A stretch of DNA of 17,876 nucleotides from Nitrosomonas europaea (GTDB lineage: Bacteria; Pseudomonadota; Gammaproteobacteria; Burkholderiales; Nitrosomonadaceae). A model generated the notes under the pieces. That model saw nothing but the letters and a program-made list of their open reading frames with translations. It was not told the origin of the DNA and did not search any database. Shown piece after piece: positions 10,156-17,571 of the stretch. Position 1 is the first letter of the stretch. The number at the start of each line of letters is the position of its first letter. Location: assembly GCF_900167395.1 (NCBI RefSeq), contig NZ_FUWK01000048.1:1-17876 (forward strand), given 5' to 3'. The translations under genes were made by a program, and so were the position numbers.

Positions 10156-10194
10156 TTATAAAAAATCAGGCCAGATTCAATCCAGCCTGATTTT
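10156..10194 (-). terminator. Rho-independent terminator of the nitrosocyanin gene
   Basis: The minus-strand RNA is AAAAUCAGGC-UGGAUUGAAUCUG-GCCUGAUUUUUU. It forms a perfect 10-bp stem (10185..10194 with 10162..10171), extendable by G-U, G-C and A-U pairs to a 5-nt loop. A U6 run follows. It starts 26 nt after the stop codon. Confidence 0.75.
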
Positions 10195-10219
10195 CTGCCA
10201 CCGTAGTTTCAGATGTTAC

Positions 10220-10630
10220 TTATTCTACGACGTTAAGGGTACCTGGCAGGTGGATGTTTTTAGGATGGAGCTGGCACCAGATCGTGAAAGCACCTGCTTT
10301 ATCAGCGGTAAAGCTGATAGTTTTGGTTTCGCCTGCTTTAATGACTTCCTGAACACCAAACGCATCAATTGAAAATCCTTCGCTGATGGGTGATTTGTTT
10401 TCAACAACGACTTTCACTGCATCGCCTTTCTTGACGACCAGTGTCTCCGGCTCATTCAACACATTGAAAGCACGGATATTTTTTACGGTCACACCTTCCA
10501 CGTTGAGTTCAGGAATAGTGGTATCGTAGGCGTTGATAACCACATTGAAGTTGTGTTCAGCCTGTGCAGCACCCGCCAGCAACAGTGATCCCACAGCAAA
10601 ACCTGCAAGCATTGCTTTTGTTGTTTTCAT
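10220..10630 (-). CDS. ncyA: Nitrosocyanin, periplasmic red copper cupredoxin of ammonia-oxidising bacteria
   Basis: The signal peptide [24 protein letters not shown] is cleaved before EH. The mature protein is 112 aa. Numbering from E1 puts E in ISEGF at position 60 and gives C95-x2-H98-x4-H103 ([10 protein letters not shown]). This is exactly the Glu60/Cys95/His98/His103 copper site of the N. europaea nitrosocyanin structure. A GAGGAAGG RBS is present. Confidence 0.95.
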
Positions 10631-10845
10631 GATTACCTTCCTCTACTAAAATTTATATTTTATTCAGCGAAACATCGTTCATCGCTCGCCGGCCCCAATC
10701 TGCAGCTTCCTGCAAATCAGCCAATGGACAAACCCTCTGCCGGGATATTCATACAACGATCCCGCCTGCAGAGAAATCTATCTGTCATGTTATTAGAATC
10801 AGACCAGCTACCAAAGAACCCGTAACCACCGAGTCCCGGCGGGAG

Positions 10846-10874
10846 AGTCTAGACAAGCTAATGATAAATGTCAA
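10846..10874 (-). promoter_or_regulatory. Candidate sigma70 promoter directed towards ncyA: TTGACA-N17-TAGACT
   Basis: On the minus strand the -35 TTGACA is at 10874..10869 (6/6 match). A 17-nt spacer follows. The -10 TAGACT is at 10851..10846 (4/6 match). The predicted TSS is near 10839, which gives a leader of about 209 nt. Confidence 0.5.
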
Positions 10875-10875
10875 T
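10857..10875. promoter_or_regulatory. Fur-box-like site A (GCTAATGATAAATGTCAAT), overlapping the -35 and spacer of the minus-strand promoter
   Basis: It shares the 9-mer TAATGATAA with site B, exactly 30 bp away. I count 12/19 matches to the Fur consensus. Confidence 0.35.
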
Positions 10876-10885
10876 CCAGACACTA

Positions 10886-10904
10886 AATTAATGATAATCA
10901 TTGC
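10886..10904. promoter_or_regulatory. Fur-box-like site B (AATTAATGATAATCATTGC)
   Basis: The 13-nt core AATGATAATCATT (10890..10902) is identical to positions 4-16 of the classical 19-bp Fur box GATAATGATAATCATTATC. Over the aligned 19-mer 10887..10905 I count 15/19 matches. Confidence 0.5.
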
Positions 10905-11062
10905 CGATTTCTCCGGCAGAAAGACAGGTGCAGACGACGCCTTGAAATCACCAGATTTTTTAGAAAGTATCCGCCCGGACCCCCTCAACGGATTAGGGTA
11001 AAATGCTGCTGATTTTTTGATACCTGCTTACCTGTGCCCCATCACATTCCGGAGCCCCACCC

Positions 11063-12448
11063 ATGAAAATCCAGGATTTCATCCAGAACCGCAGCAAAGA
11101 AAATTTTGCCCTGCATGACAAGTATCTGAACAGCCAGATGGTCAAAGTCCTCAAAACCATCGATTTTGATCGTCATTATGTCCGGGCAGAAGGCGCATAT
11201 CTGTTCGACGAGCAGGATAACCGCTATCTGGATTTGCTGAGTGGCTTCGGTGTCTTTGCACTGGGGCGCAATCACGCGGAAATCGTCGAAGCACTCAAAA
11301 GCACTCTGGAGGCAGATTTACCCAATCTCGTCCAGCTCGACGTATCATTACTCGCAGGACTGCTGGCGGAGAGGCTAGTTAAACTGACCCCGGACGGATT
11401 AAAACGTGTCTTTTTTGCCAACTCGGGTACTGAAACAGTCGAGGCGGCGATCAAATTCAGCCGTTACGCAACCGGAAAATCCAAAATCATTTTCTGCCAC
11501 GGCTGTTATCACGGACTGAGCCTTGGCTCTCTCTCTGCCACGGGAGATGATCATTACAAGAAGGGATTCGGCCCGATGGTGCCGGATTTTATCGAAATCC
11601 CGTTCAATGATCTCGAAGCACTGGAACAGGTGCTTGCGCAGGGAGATGTCGCCGCCTTCATTACTGAGCCAATTCAAGGACACGGTGTCTGGATACCGGA
11701 CGATAACTATCTGCCGGAAGCAGCCAGACTCACCCGCAAATACGGCGCACTGTTCATCACGGATGAAATACAAACCGGACTGGGGCGGACCGGCAAGTGG
11801 TGGGCGGTCGAACACTGGTCCGTCGAACCCGATATCCTGTGCATGTCCAAGACGCTTTCCGGCGGATTCATCCCTGTGGGTGCGCTGGTCTGCAAGGAAT
11901 GGATCTTCGATCGTGTTTTCAACCGCATGGATCGCGCTGTCGTTCACGGCAGTACATTTGGTAAAAACAACCTGGCAATGGCCGCCGGTCTGGCTACACT
12001 GGAAGTACTGGAATCAGGAAATCTCATCGAGCATTCCGCCCGTACCGGAGCAGCCATTATGGATGCGCTGACGCCACTGACGGAAAAATACGAATGCTTC
12101 AAGGAAGTACGAGGCAAAGGCATGATGATTGCGCTGGAATTTACCGAACCGAAAAGCCCTATGCTGAAGCTGTCGTGGAAAATGCTCGAATCTGCCAACA
12201 AGGGACTGTTCTCACAGTTGATAACCGTCCCGTTATTCAGGCAGCACCGGGTTCTGTCTCAGGTAGCCGGCCACGGCATGAATATCGTCAAATTCATTCC
12301 ACCACTCATCCTGACAGAATCCGATGTTCAATGGATCGTTACTGCGGTCAGTGATGTCGTGGCCAATGCACACCGCGGACCTTCAGCAGTATGGGATTTT
12401 GGCAAAACGCTGGCATTCAGCGCACTGCGCGCCAAACTACACGCCTGA
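11063..12448 (+). CDS. Class-III PLP-dependent aminotransferase (putrescine/ornithine/acetylornithine aminotransferase-like; substrate not assignable)
   Basis: 461 aa. Motifs are SGTETVEAAIKF, ITEPIQGHG, DEIQTGLGRTGKWWAVEHW..PDILCMSKTLSGG (the PLP lysine) and HGSTFGKN. GGAG lies 8 nt upstream of the ATG. Confidence 0.9.
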   Translation: MKIQDFIQNRSKENFALHDKYLNSQMVKVLKTIDFDRHYVRAEGAYLFDEQDNRYLDLLSGFGVFALGRNHAEIVEALKSTLEADLPNLVQLDVSLLAGLLAERLVKLTPDGLKRVFFANSGTETVEAAIKFSRYATGKSKIIFCHGCYHGLSLGSLSATGDDHYKKGFGPMVPDFIEIPFNDLEALEQVLAQGDVAAFITEPIQGHGVWIPDDNYLPEAARLTRKYGALFITDEIQTGLGRTGKWWAVEHWSVEPDILCMSKTLSGGFIPVGALVCKEWIFDRVFNRMDRAVVHGSTFGKNNLAMAAGLATLEVLESGNLIEHSARTGAAIMDALTPLTEKYECFKEVRGKGMMIALEFTEPKSPMLKLSWKMLESANKGLFSQLITVPLFRQHRVLSQVAGHGMNIVKFIPPLILTESDVQWIVTAVSDVVANAHRGPSAVWDFGKTLAFSALRAKLHA

Positions 12449-12588
12449 GAACCCGTTCAAAATCCCGATCAAGGGGGTAGTACAAGGCAAAATTGAATGA
12501 GAAAACGGAGCATACCCGAAGTATATGAATATTTTGAGTTCGATTTTAACGCTGCAATGCGCCCTTCAGTGGGATCTTGAACAGGTTC
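12449..12588. repeat. 140-bp imperfect palindromic intergenic element (MITE/REP-like or long bidirectional terminator)
   Basis: The outer arm GAACCCGTTCAAAATCCCGATCAAGGGG (12449..12476) matches the reverse complement of 12561..12588 (GAACCTGTTCAAGATCCCACTGAAGGGC) at 22/28 positions. Weaker complementarity continues inward (AAAAT-yGAA, CATAC). It starts 1 nt after the aminotransferase stop and ends 9 nt before the dnaQ stop. Confidence 0.6.
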
Positions 12589-12597
12589 TGAGCAAAT

Positions 12598-13296
12598 TCA
12601 ACCGTTCCACAAGCAATTACCTTTGCTTTCGGCGTTGATGCGTTCCACCAGCCGGCTATGCAACTCGAGTTCTGCCTGCGTGGCAGGCTGAACGATCAGC
12701 GCAAGATTCTCCACCTTGCCGACAGCCGGATTATCGGCTTGTCGCGATGCTGGCGCATCCATTTCCATCAGCAGGCTTTCCTGACCACGTGTCATTGCCA
12801 GGTAAACTTCGGCCAGCAACTCTGCATCGAGTAGAGCGCCATGCAGTGTTCTGTGGGAATTATCGATCTGATAACGCTCACATAACGCATCCAGATTGTT
12901 TCTCTTGCCCGGGTGCAGCTCTTTTGCCAGGACCAGTGTATCGATGATCTGCAGACAATGATTCTGCATCGATTCAAATCTGATCAGATCGAGTTCGCGA
13001 TTGATGAACCCCACATCGAAAGGCGCGTTATGAATGAAAATCTCGGCATCTGCTATGAACTCCAGAAACTCGCTGCAAACATCCTGGAATACGGGTTTAT
13101 CCCGCAAAAATTCACGAGTCAGTCCATGTACCCGCAGTGCACCTTCATCACTCTCCCGCCCGGGATTGAGATAGCGGTGAAAGTGACGATCGGTCAAACG
13201 CCGGTTACACACTTCCACTGCTGCTATCTCGACGATACGGTGCCCCAGTGCAGGATCCAGACCCGTCGTCTCAGTATCAAGAAATACATACCGCAT
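12598..13296 (-). CDS. dnaQ: DNA polymerase III epsilon subunit (3'-5' proofreading exonuclease)
   Basis: 232 aa. Exo motifs are VFLDTETTGL (ExoI), HNAPFDVGF (ExoII) and HGALLDAELLAEVY (ExoIII-epsilon). Confidence 0.95.
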   Translation of the reverse strand: MRYVFLDTETTGLDPALGHRIVEIAAVEVCNRRLTDRHFHRYLNPGRESDEGALRVHGLTREFLRDKPVFQDVCSEFLEFIADAEIFIHNAPFDVGFINRELDLIRFESMQNHCLQIIDTLVLAKELHPGKRNNLDALCERYQIDNSHRTLHGALLDAELLAEVYLAMTRGQESLLMEMDAPASRQADNPAVGKVENLALIVQPATQAELELHSRLVERINAESKGNCLWNG

Positions 13297-13307
13297 GATT
13301 TACCCGA

Positions 13308-13793
13308 TCAATCCGCTTTTTCAGACAGTACTGACACCACTCCACGGTTGGCAAGCATATCGGCTCGCTCGTTGCCATCATGGCCGTTATGCCCTCGAAC
13401 CCAGAACCATTCAACCTGGTAACGCCGGGACAACTGATCCAGCTCCTTCCACAATGCTTCATTCTTCACCGGTTTTTTATCCGCTGTCAGCCATCCGCGT
13501 TTTTTCCACGAATGAACCCACTCACTGATACCCTTCTGCACATATTGCGAATCGGTATGCAGTTGAACTCGCAAAGATTGCCCGGTATCGGGCAGTGATT
13601 CCAGCGCCTGCAAGGCACGAATGGCAGCCAGCAGCTCCATCCGGTTATTCGTCGTCACAGGTTCTCCGCCGAAAAACTCCCGTACTTCACCGTCGAACTT
13701 CAGACAAACTCCCCAGCCCCCTATTCCCGGATTACCCTTACAGGCACCATCCGTAAAAATCTCCACCAGCTTTACACCCTCTTCCAATTGCAT
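13308..13793 (-). CDS. rnhA: Ribonuclease HI
   Basis: 161 aa with [32 protein letters not shown] and [14 protein letters not shown]. The ATG overlaps the stop of the upstream methyltransferase (TAATG). Confidence 0.95.
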
Positions 13794-14629
13794 TACACGT
13801 CCCTGTTGTTCACGGAGTATTGCACCCCGTATTTCCTGTTTTCAATCAGCCCGCCACCGGCCTTCTCGCGCCATGGTACCGTGGATACTTCTAAATTATT
13901 CATCCGATGCCCTCGTTCGATCTGCGGAACCACTACCGTACCCCTTTTTGCAGGCGAATCCTCCCAGCGGGGCGTGATGATGTGCAAACCACATTCATGC
14001 TTGACTGCCTGTAAAAAATAAACTCCCCCGGCAATCGGCCACCAGCGATCTCCGGCCGCCTCCATGAAACGCAAACGGGAAAGCCACTTTTCCCGGGTAC
14101 ATGGCGGCACATAGCAGCCAAACTGTCCCGCAACGATTTCAAAATTATGCAGCTCCAGCCAATCCTGCATGCGTGGCAGAGCAATGAAACGACCGCACCA
14201 TGGAAAATCCGTTTTCGATTTTGCCATGCGCTGACGCATTCCCCAGAGACTGAACGGGTTGAATCCGCTGATGATGACTTTGCCCTCCGGAATCAGCACC
14301 CGGTGTGCTTCCCGGAGTATCTGGTGGGGATTCGAATTGAACTCGAGTGTGTGCGGCAACAGAACGAGATCGATGCTGCTGCTTTTGATAGGCAGAAAAT
14401 GAGGATGCGCGTAAACCGAAGCACCGTCCCGTACGCCGAATGCGAACTTGAAAGGCATCCGGTTGTTGCGCAGAAAATCAAACCCGGAAAAACCGATCTG
14501 GGTCGCGTTATAACCAAAAATATCCGTCACGACACGGTCGAAATAACGCTGCTCCTGTTCAAGAACATACTGTCCCAGCGATGTTTCTAACCACTGTTGC
14601 ATACTTTGCTGCAATACAGAATCGAACAT
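13793..14629 (-). CDS. Class I SAM-dependent methyltransferase, YafS-like
   Basis: 278 aa with a Methyltransf_11-type core ([13 protein letters not shown]..., [16 protein letters not shown]). It sits between gloB and rnhA, the position of yafS in E. coli. Confidence 0.8.
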
Positions 14630-14688
14630 ATTATCAGGATGATTGGTTATGATGATGACCCGTCTGCTATCTGCTACAAGGAGGCAAA

Positions 14689-15477
14689 ATGATCAACGTT
14701 TTTCCTGTCCGGGCGTTTAGGGACAATTATATCTGGATCGTTCACAATCAACAGTTCGCTCTCATCATAGACCCGGGCGATGCGACACCGGTTCTCACCT
14801 GGCTGAGACAACAAAAATTACAACCCATTGCAATCCTCTGCACCCATCACCATCATGATCACACGGGTGGTATTTCCCTGCTGGTACAAAAATTCGAAAT
14901 ACCCGTTTATGGCCCTGCCAGTGAGAAGATACCGGGGATGACCCACCCGCTTGCGGAAGGGGACACCCTCGTGTTCCCGGAGCTATCGCTGGAACTTAGC
15001 ATTCTGGACGTCCCCGGACATACCGCAGGCCACATTGCCTGTCATGGCCAGAACCGGCTGTTCTGCGGGGATACGCTGTTTGCCTGCGGTTGCGGAAGAA
15101 TCTTTGAAGGCAATGCACAACAGATGTTTGATTCTTTACAGAAACTGACCGACCTGCCTGACGAAACTCAAGTTTATTGCGCCCATGAATACACGCTGGA
15201 CAATATCCGCTTCGCCAGGGCGATCGACCCTGATAATCCCGAGCTGATTGAACTGGAAAGTAACGTGGAAGAAAAGCGGGAGCAGAATATGCCCACACTC
15301 CCCTCCAGTCTGGCTGCAGAAAAAGCCACCAACCCGTTTCTGCGTTGCAATCAGCCGGCCATCATCCAGAGTGCCAGCCGGTATGCCGGGCGGCAGCTCA
15401 CTGATCCGGTCAGTGTATTTGCCGCGATCCGTGACTGGAAAAACAATTTCCGGGGAAACACCGACTTACCGATGTGA
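14689..15477 (+). CDS. gloB: Hydroxyacylglutathione hydrolase (glyoxalase II)
   Basis: 262 aa. It has the metallo-beta-lactamase motif THHHHDHTGG, then PGHTAGH, and the C-terminal glutathione-binding region CAHEYT...NPFLR. An AAGGAGG RBS is present. Confidence 0.95.
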   Translation: MINVFPVRAFRDNYIWIVHNQQFALIIDPGDATPVLTWLRQQKLQPIAILCTHHHHDHTGGISLLVQKFEIPVYGPASEKIPGMTHPLAEGDTLVFPELSLELSILDVPGHTAGHIACHGQNRLFCGDTLFACGCGRIFEGNAQQMFDSLQKLTDLPDETQVYCAHEYTLDNIRFARAIDPDNPELIELESNVEEKREQNMPTLPSSLAAEKATNPFLRCNQPAIIQSASRYAGRQLTDPVSVFAAIRDWKNNFRGNTDLPM

Positions 15478-15503
15478 TCCGGTAATCTGCCTGTTCGTCA
15501 GCA

Positions 15504-16082
15504 TCAGACCCGGCAACCATCGGCATCGCACCCCGGCTGTGTATCGGACTCATTGCCAGCTGAATCTGTCGAACCGGCAGCCAGCTCTTCATCAGACACT
15601 TCTTCAGCCAGCAGCGTCCCGATCGACACACCCAGCAACAAATCACTGACATGGCCAAATTTGTGCAAACGCAGATGGCCCGTCTTATCCACCAGAATGG
15701 TGGTCGGTGTCCCCTGCATGTGGTAAGTCATCATCGTGTGCGGAATCGAATGCTGCTCATTCGGTTTGTCTATCCCAATCGGAAAACGCAGCCTGTACTC
15801 ATAGGCAAAAACTTCCAGCGCATCGCGCCCCATGACCTCATGATGCTCGAAAACCGTATGCAGGCCGATCACCGCCACACGATCAGGGTCGAATTCATCA
15901 AAAATACGCTGTGTCTGAGGAATACCCTGCTGAACACATCCCGGACACAGCATTTGAAAGGCATGCATCAATACTACCTTACCGCGCAAGGAAGCCAGCG
16001 TAACCGGTTGCGGTGTATTCAGCCAATCCGAGGTAATCAGCTCCGGCGCCTTGATTTTTTCAACGGTTGTACTTTTTTTCAT
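15504..16082 (-). CDS. Thioredoxin-fold redoxin (TlpA/AhpC-TSA-like) with a CPGC active site, no signal peptide, and an acidic Cys-containing C-terminal tail
   Basis: From ATG 16082: MKKSTTVEKIKAPELI...GKVVLMHAFQMLCPGCVQQG...GTPTTILVDKTG. The tail is EEVSDEELAAGSTDSAGNESDTQPGCDADGCRV. The 26 upstream ORF codons lack a plausible start context. Confidence 0.8.
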   Translation of the reverse strand: MKKSTTVEKIKAPELITSDWLNTPQPVTLASLRGKVVLMHAFQMLCPGCVQQGIPQTQRIFDEFDPDRVAVIGLHTVFEHHEVMGRDALEVFAYEYRLRFPIGIDKPNEQHSIPHTMMTYHMQGTPTTILVDKTGHLRLHKFGHVSDLLLGVSIGTLLAEEVSDEELAAGSTDSAGNESDTQPGCDADGCRV

Positions 16083-16354
16083 AATTTCAACAGTGAGATA
16101 CGTGACTGAAAACAGGAACATTTTTGCTGGCGCGATAATAACACGCGCAGCCGGCCGCACTGAAGCAATCGGAGCAGGAAGCGAGCTCCGGTTTTGCGGA
16201 TGGATTTCCGCAAGCCGGCGGATACGGGCTGCCTGTCGTTTACTTGATCCGGACAGGTATCACAGTTACCAGTGACAGGGACGTTATGCCATACTGAAGT
16301 TCTTCAAAGTCAGGAAATTTTATATATCGTTAATTTATTTCACGGGGCCAAGCA

Positions 16355-16702
16355 ATGAAGCAATCCATCTTTTTTCTTACTGCGCTGATACTGTTCCATG
16401 CTTCAAGTAACGCAGGCACGCTTGTCAATGGCACCTGGTCACCAATGGGATGCGGTGAACGGCCTATAGCACCAGTTGTCAGCGCTGCCAGCGTCGAGGA
16501 CTATAACCGCAGTGCCGAAGCAATCAATGAATGGCAGAAACGCGCCCAGCAATATAATTCCTGCCTGGTTGACGAAGCGAATGCAGACAATGCGCTGATC
16601 GCCAGAACGGCGAATGATCAGCAGGCGAAATTCCGGGAAGAGATTGACCGGATCAATGCAGAAACCGACAAAGCGAGGGCCGAACTGGATAGTAAAAGGT
16701 AA
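16355..16702 (+). CDS. Hypothetical small secreted protein (signal peptide, two Cys, C-terminal coiled-coil-like segment)
   Basis: 115 aa. MKQSIFFLTALILFHASSNA|G is a Sec-type signal. The remainder is hydrophilic (..QQAKFREEIDRINAETDKARAELDSKR). I recognise no family. Confidence 0.55.
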   Translation: MKQSIFFLTALILFHASSNAGTLVNGTWSPMGCGERPIAPVVSAASVEDYNRSAEAINEWQKRAQQYNSCLVDEANADNALIARTANDQQAKFREEIDRINAETDKARAELDSKR

Positions 16703-17025
16703 TTCTTGATACGGTAAATGATGGGCAGTGTGGCCCCTTCACAATGAACTCAATGCTGCAGGTCTGTCTGCAAAATCAGTGCCTCAAAGAGGTGCAGCAA
16801 AATCATACGCTCGCTTGTTTTTCGATGTACCTGGCTGAATACCGTCTTAATCGGTTACTGCCGCCTGAGCGGGCTACTGATTTGCGCACTGTGGAGACTT
16901 TTAAGCCATGCGGTGGAGGATCGAAAAGTGTATATGGGCACTCGTTTCACGCAGAGATACTCTTCCAGAACGTACTCAACTTATTTTTTGATGTCTGATA
17001 AACAGGACAAAATCCACCATTCATA

Positions 17026-17469
17026 TCAATAGCTGGCCAGTCCGCGTTCGCGCCCCCAGACGACTGCAGCACTCCGACGGTGTACGCCGATCTTGTCGTA
17101 CACCGCCGCAACGTGGTTGCGCACCGTATTGCGTGACAATTGCAGTATCGTCGCAATGTCGGCATCGCTTTTGCCCTGGCAGATCAGGCTCAGCACTTCC
17201 TTTTCACGCGCTGTCAGAATCGAAAGCTCCAGCTTTGAGTCAGTTGCTCCGGAATGGCGCAATTGGGCAAGTTTTTCCATCACAGTTTGACTGAACCAGG
17301 ACGTATCTTGCATGACTGCGTCAATGGCAGCAATCAATTCTATTTCAGTACGCTTGCGATCCGTGATGTCTTCAAATACGCACAGCACACATGCATCATC
17401 GTTAATAGTGACAGGCTCTGCCGAAATCAGCGTATCCAGCATGATACCGTCCGCTCCGCGCAGTGGCAC
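17026..17469 (-). CDS. LuxR/GerE-type HTH transcriptional regulator with a partial PAS domain. It is probably 5'-truncated: the frame stays open upstream only to 17568.
   Basis: The C-terminal GerE HTH is LTAREKEVLSLICQGKSDADIATILQLSRNTVRNHVAAVYDKIGV. Upstream of it is the end of a PAS fold (..VLCVFEDITDRKRTE). The listed start is a GTG. The in-frame PAS-like sequence continues to the TAA at 17571..17569. Confidence 0.8.
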   Translation of the reverse strand: MPLRGADGIMLDTLISAEPVTINDDACVLCVFEDITDRKRTEIELIAAIDAVMQDTSWFSQTVMEKLAQLRHSGATDSKLELSILTAREKEVLSLICQGKSDADIATILQLSRNTVRNHVAAVYDKIGVHRRSAAVVWGRERGLASY

Positions 17470-17571
17470 TTCGTAGTTGCGGATACCACCCCCCTCATGC
17501 AGTTCGTCGCGTATACCCGCCAGTATCCCGGCATCTTCCCACAGGCCAATTTCAAGGCTATGTCTGCATTA

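Noticed and set aside
9520-10161. A 213-aa plus-strand ORF, the longest 'extra' ORF in the track.
   Set aside because: It is antisense to ndk for most of its length and then runs through the ndk/ncyA intergenic region and terminator. It has no RBS, a low-complexity Arg/Cys/Phe-rich translation and no recognisable domain. It is a shadow ORF.
10785-10988. A 67-aa minus-strand ORF in the ncyA/aminotransferase intergenic region, with hydrophobic stretches. It could be a small membrane protein.
   Set aside because: It has a TTG start without an SD. The internal ATG lies inside the Fur-box core. The ORF begins upstream of the only good promoter on that strand. The hydrophobicity is explained by AT-rich regulatory DNA (Ile/Leu codons).
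14663-14676. A tandem TCTGCTA-TCTGCTA just upstream of gloB.
   Set aside because: It is a very short (7 bp x 2) repeat in a 59-bp divergent promoter region. There is no supporting palindrome or known motif, and chance cannot be distinguished from function.
16744-16998. An 84-aa plus-strand ORF in the 323-bp gap.
   Set aside because: It has no RBS, no recognisable domain and an unusual composition. I kept it only as part of the 'unexplained spacer' finding, not as a gene.
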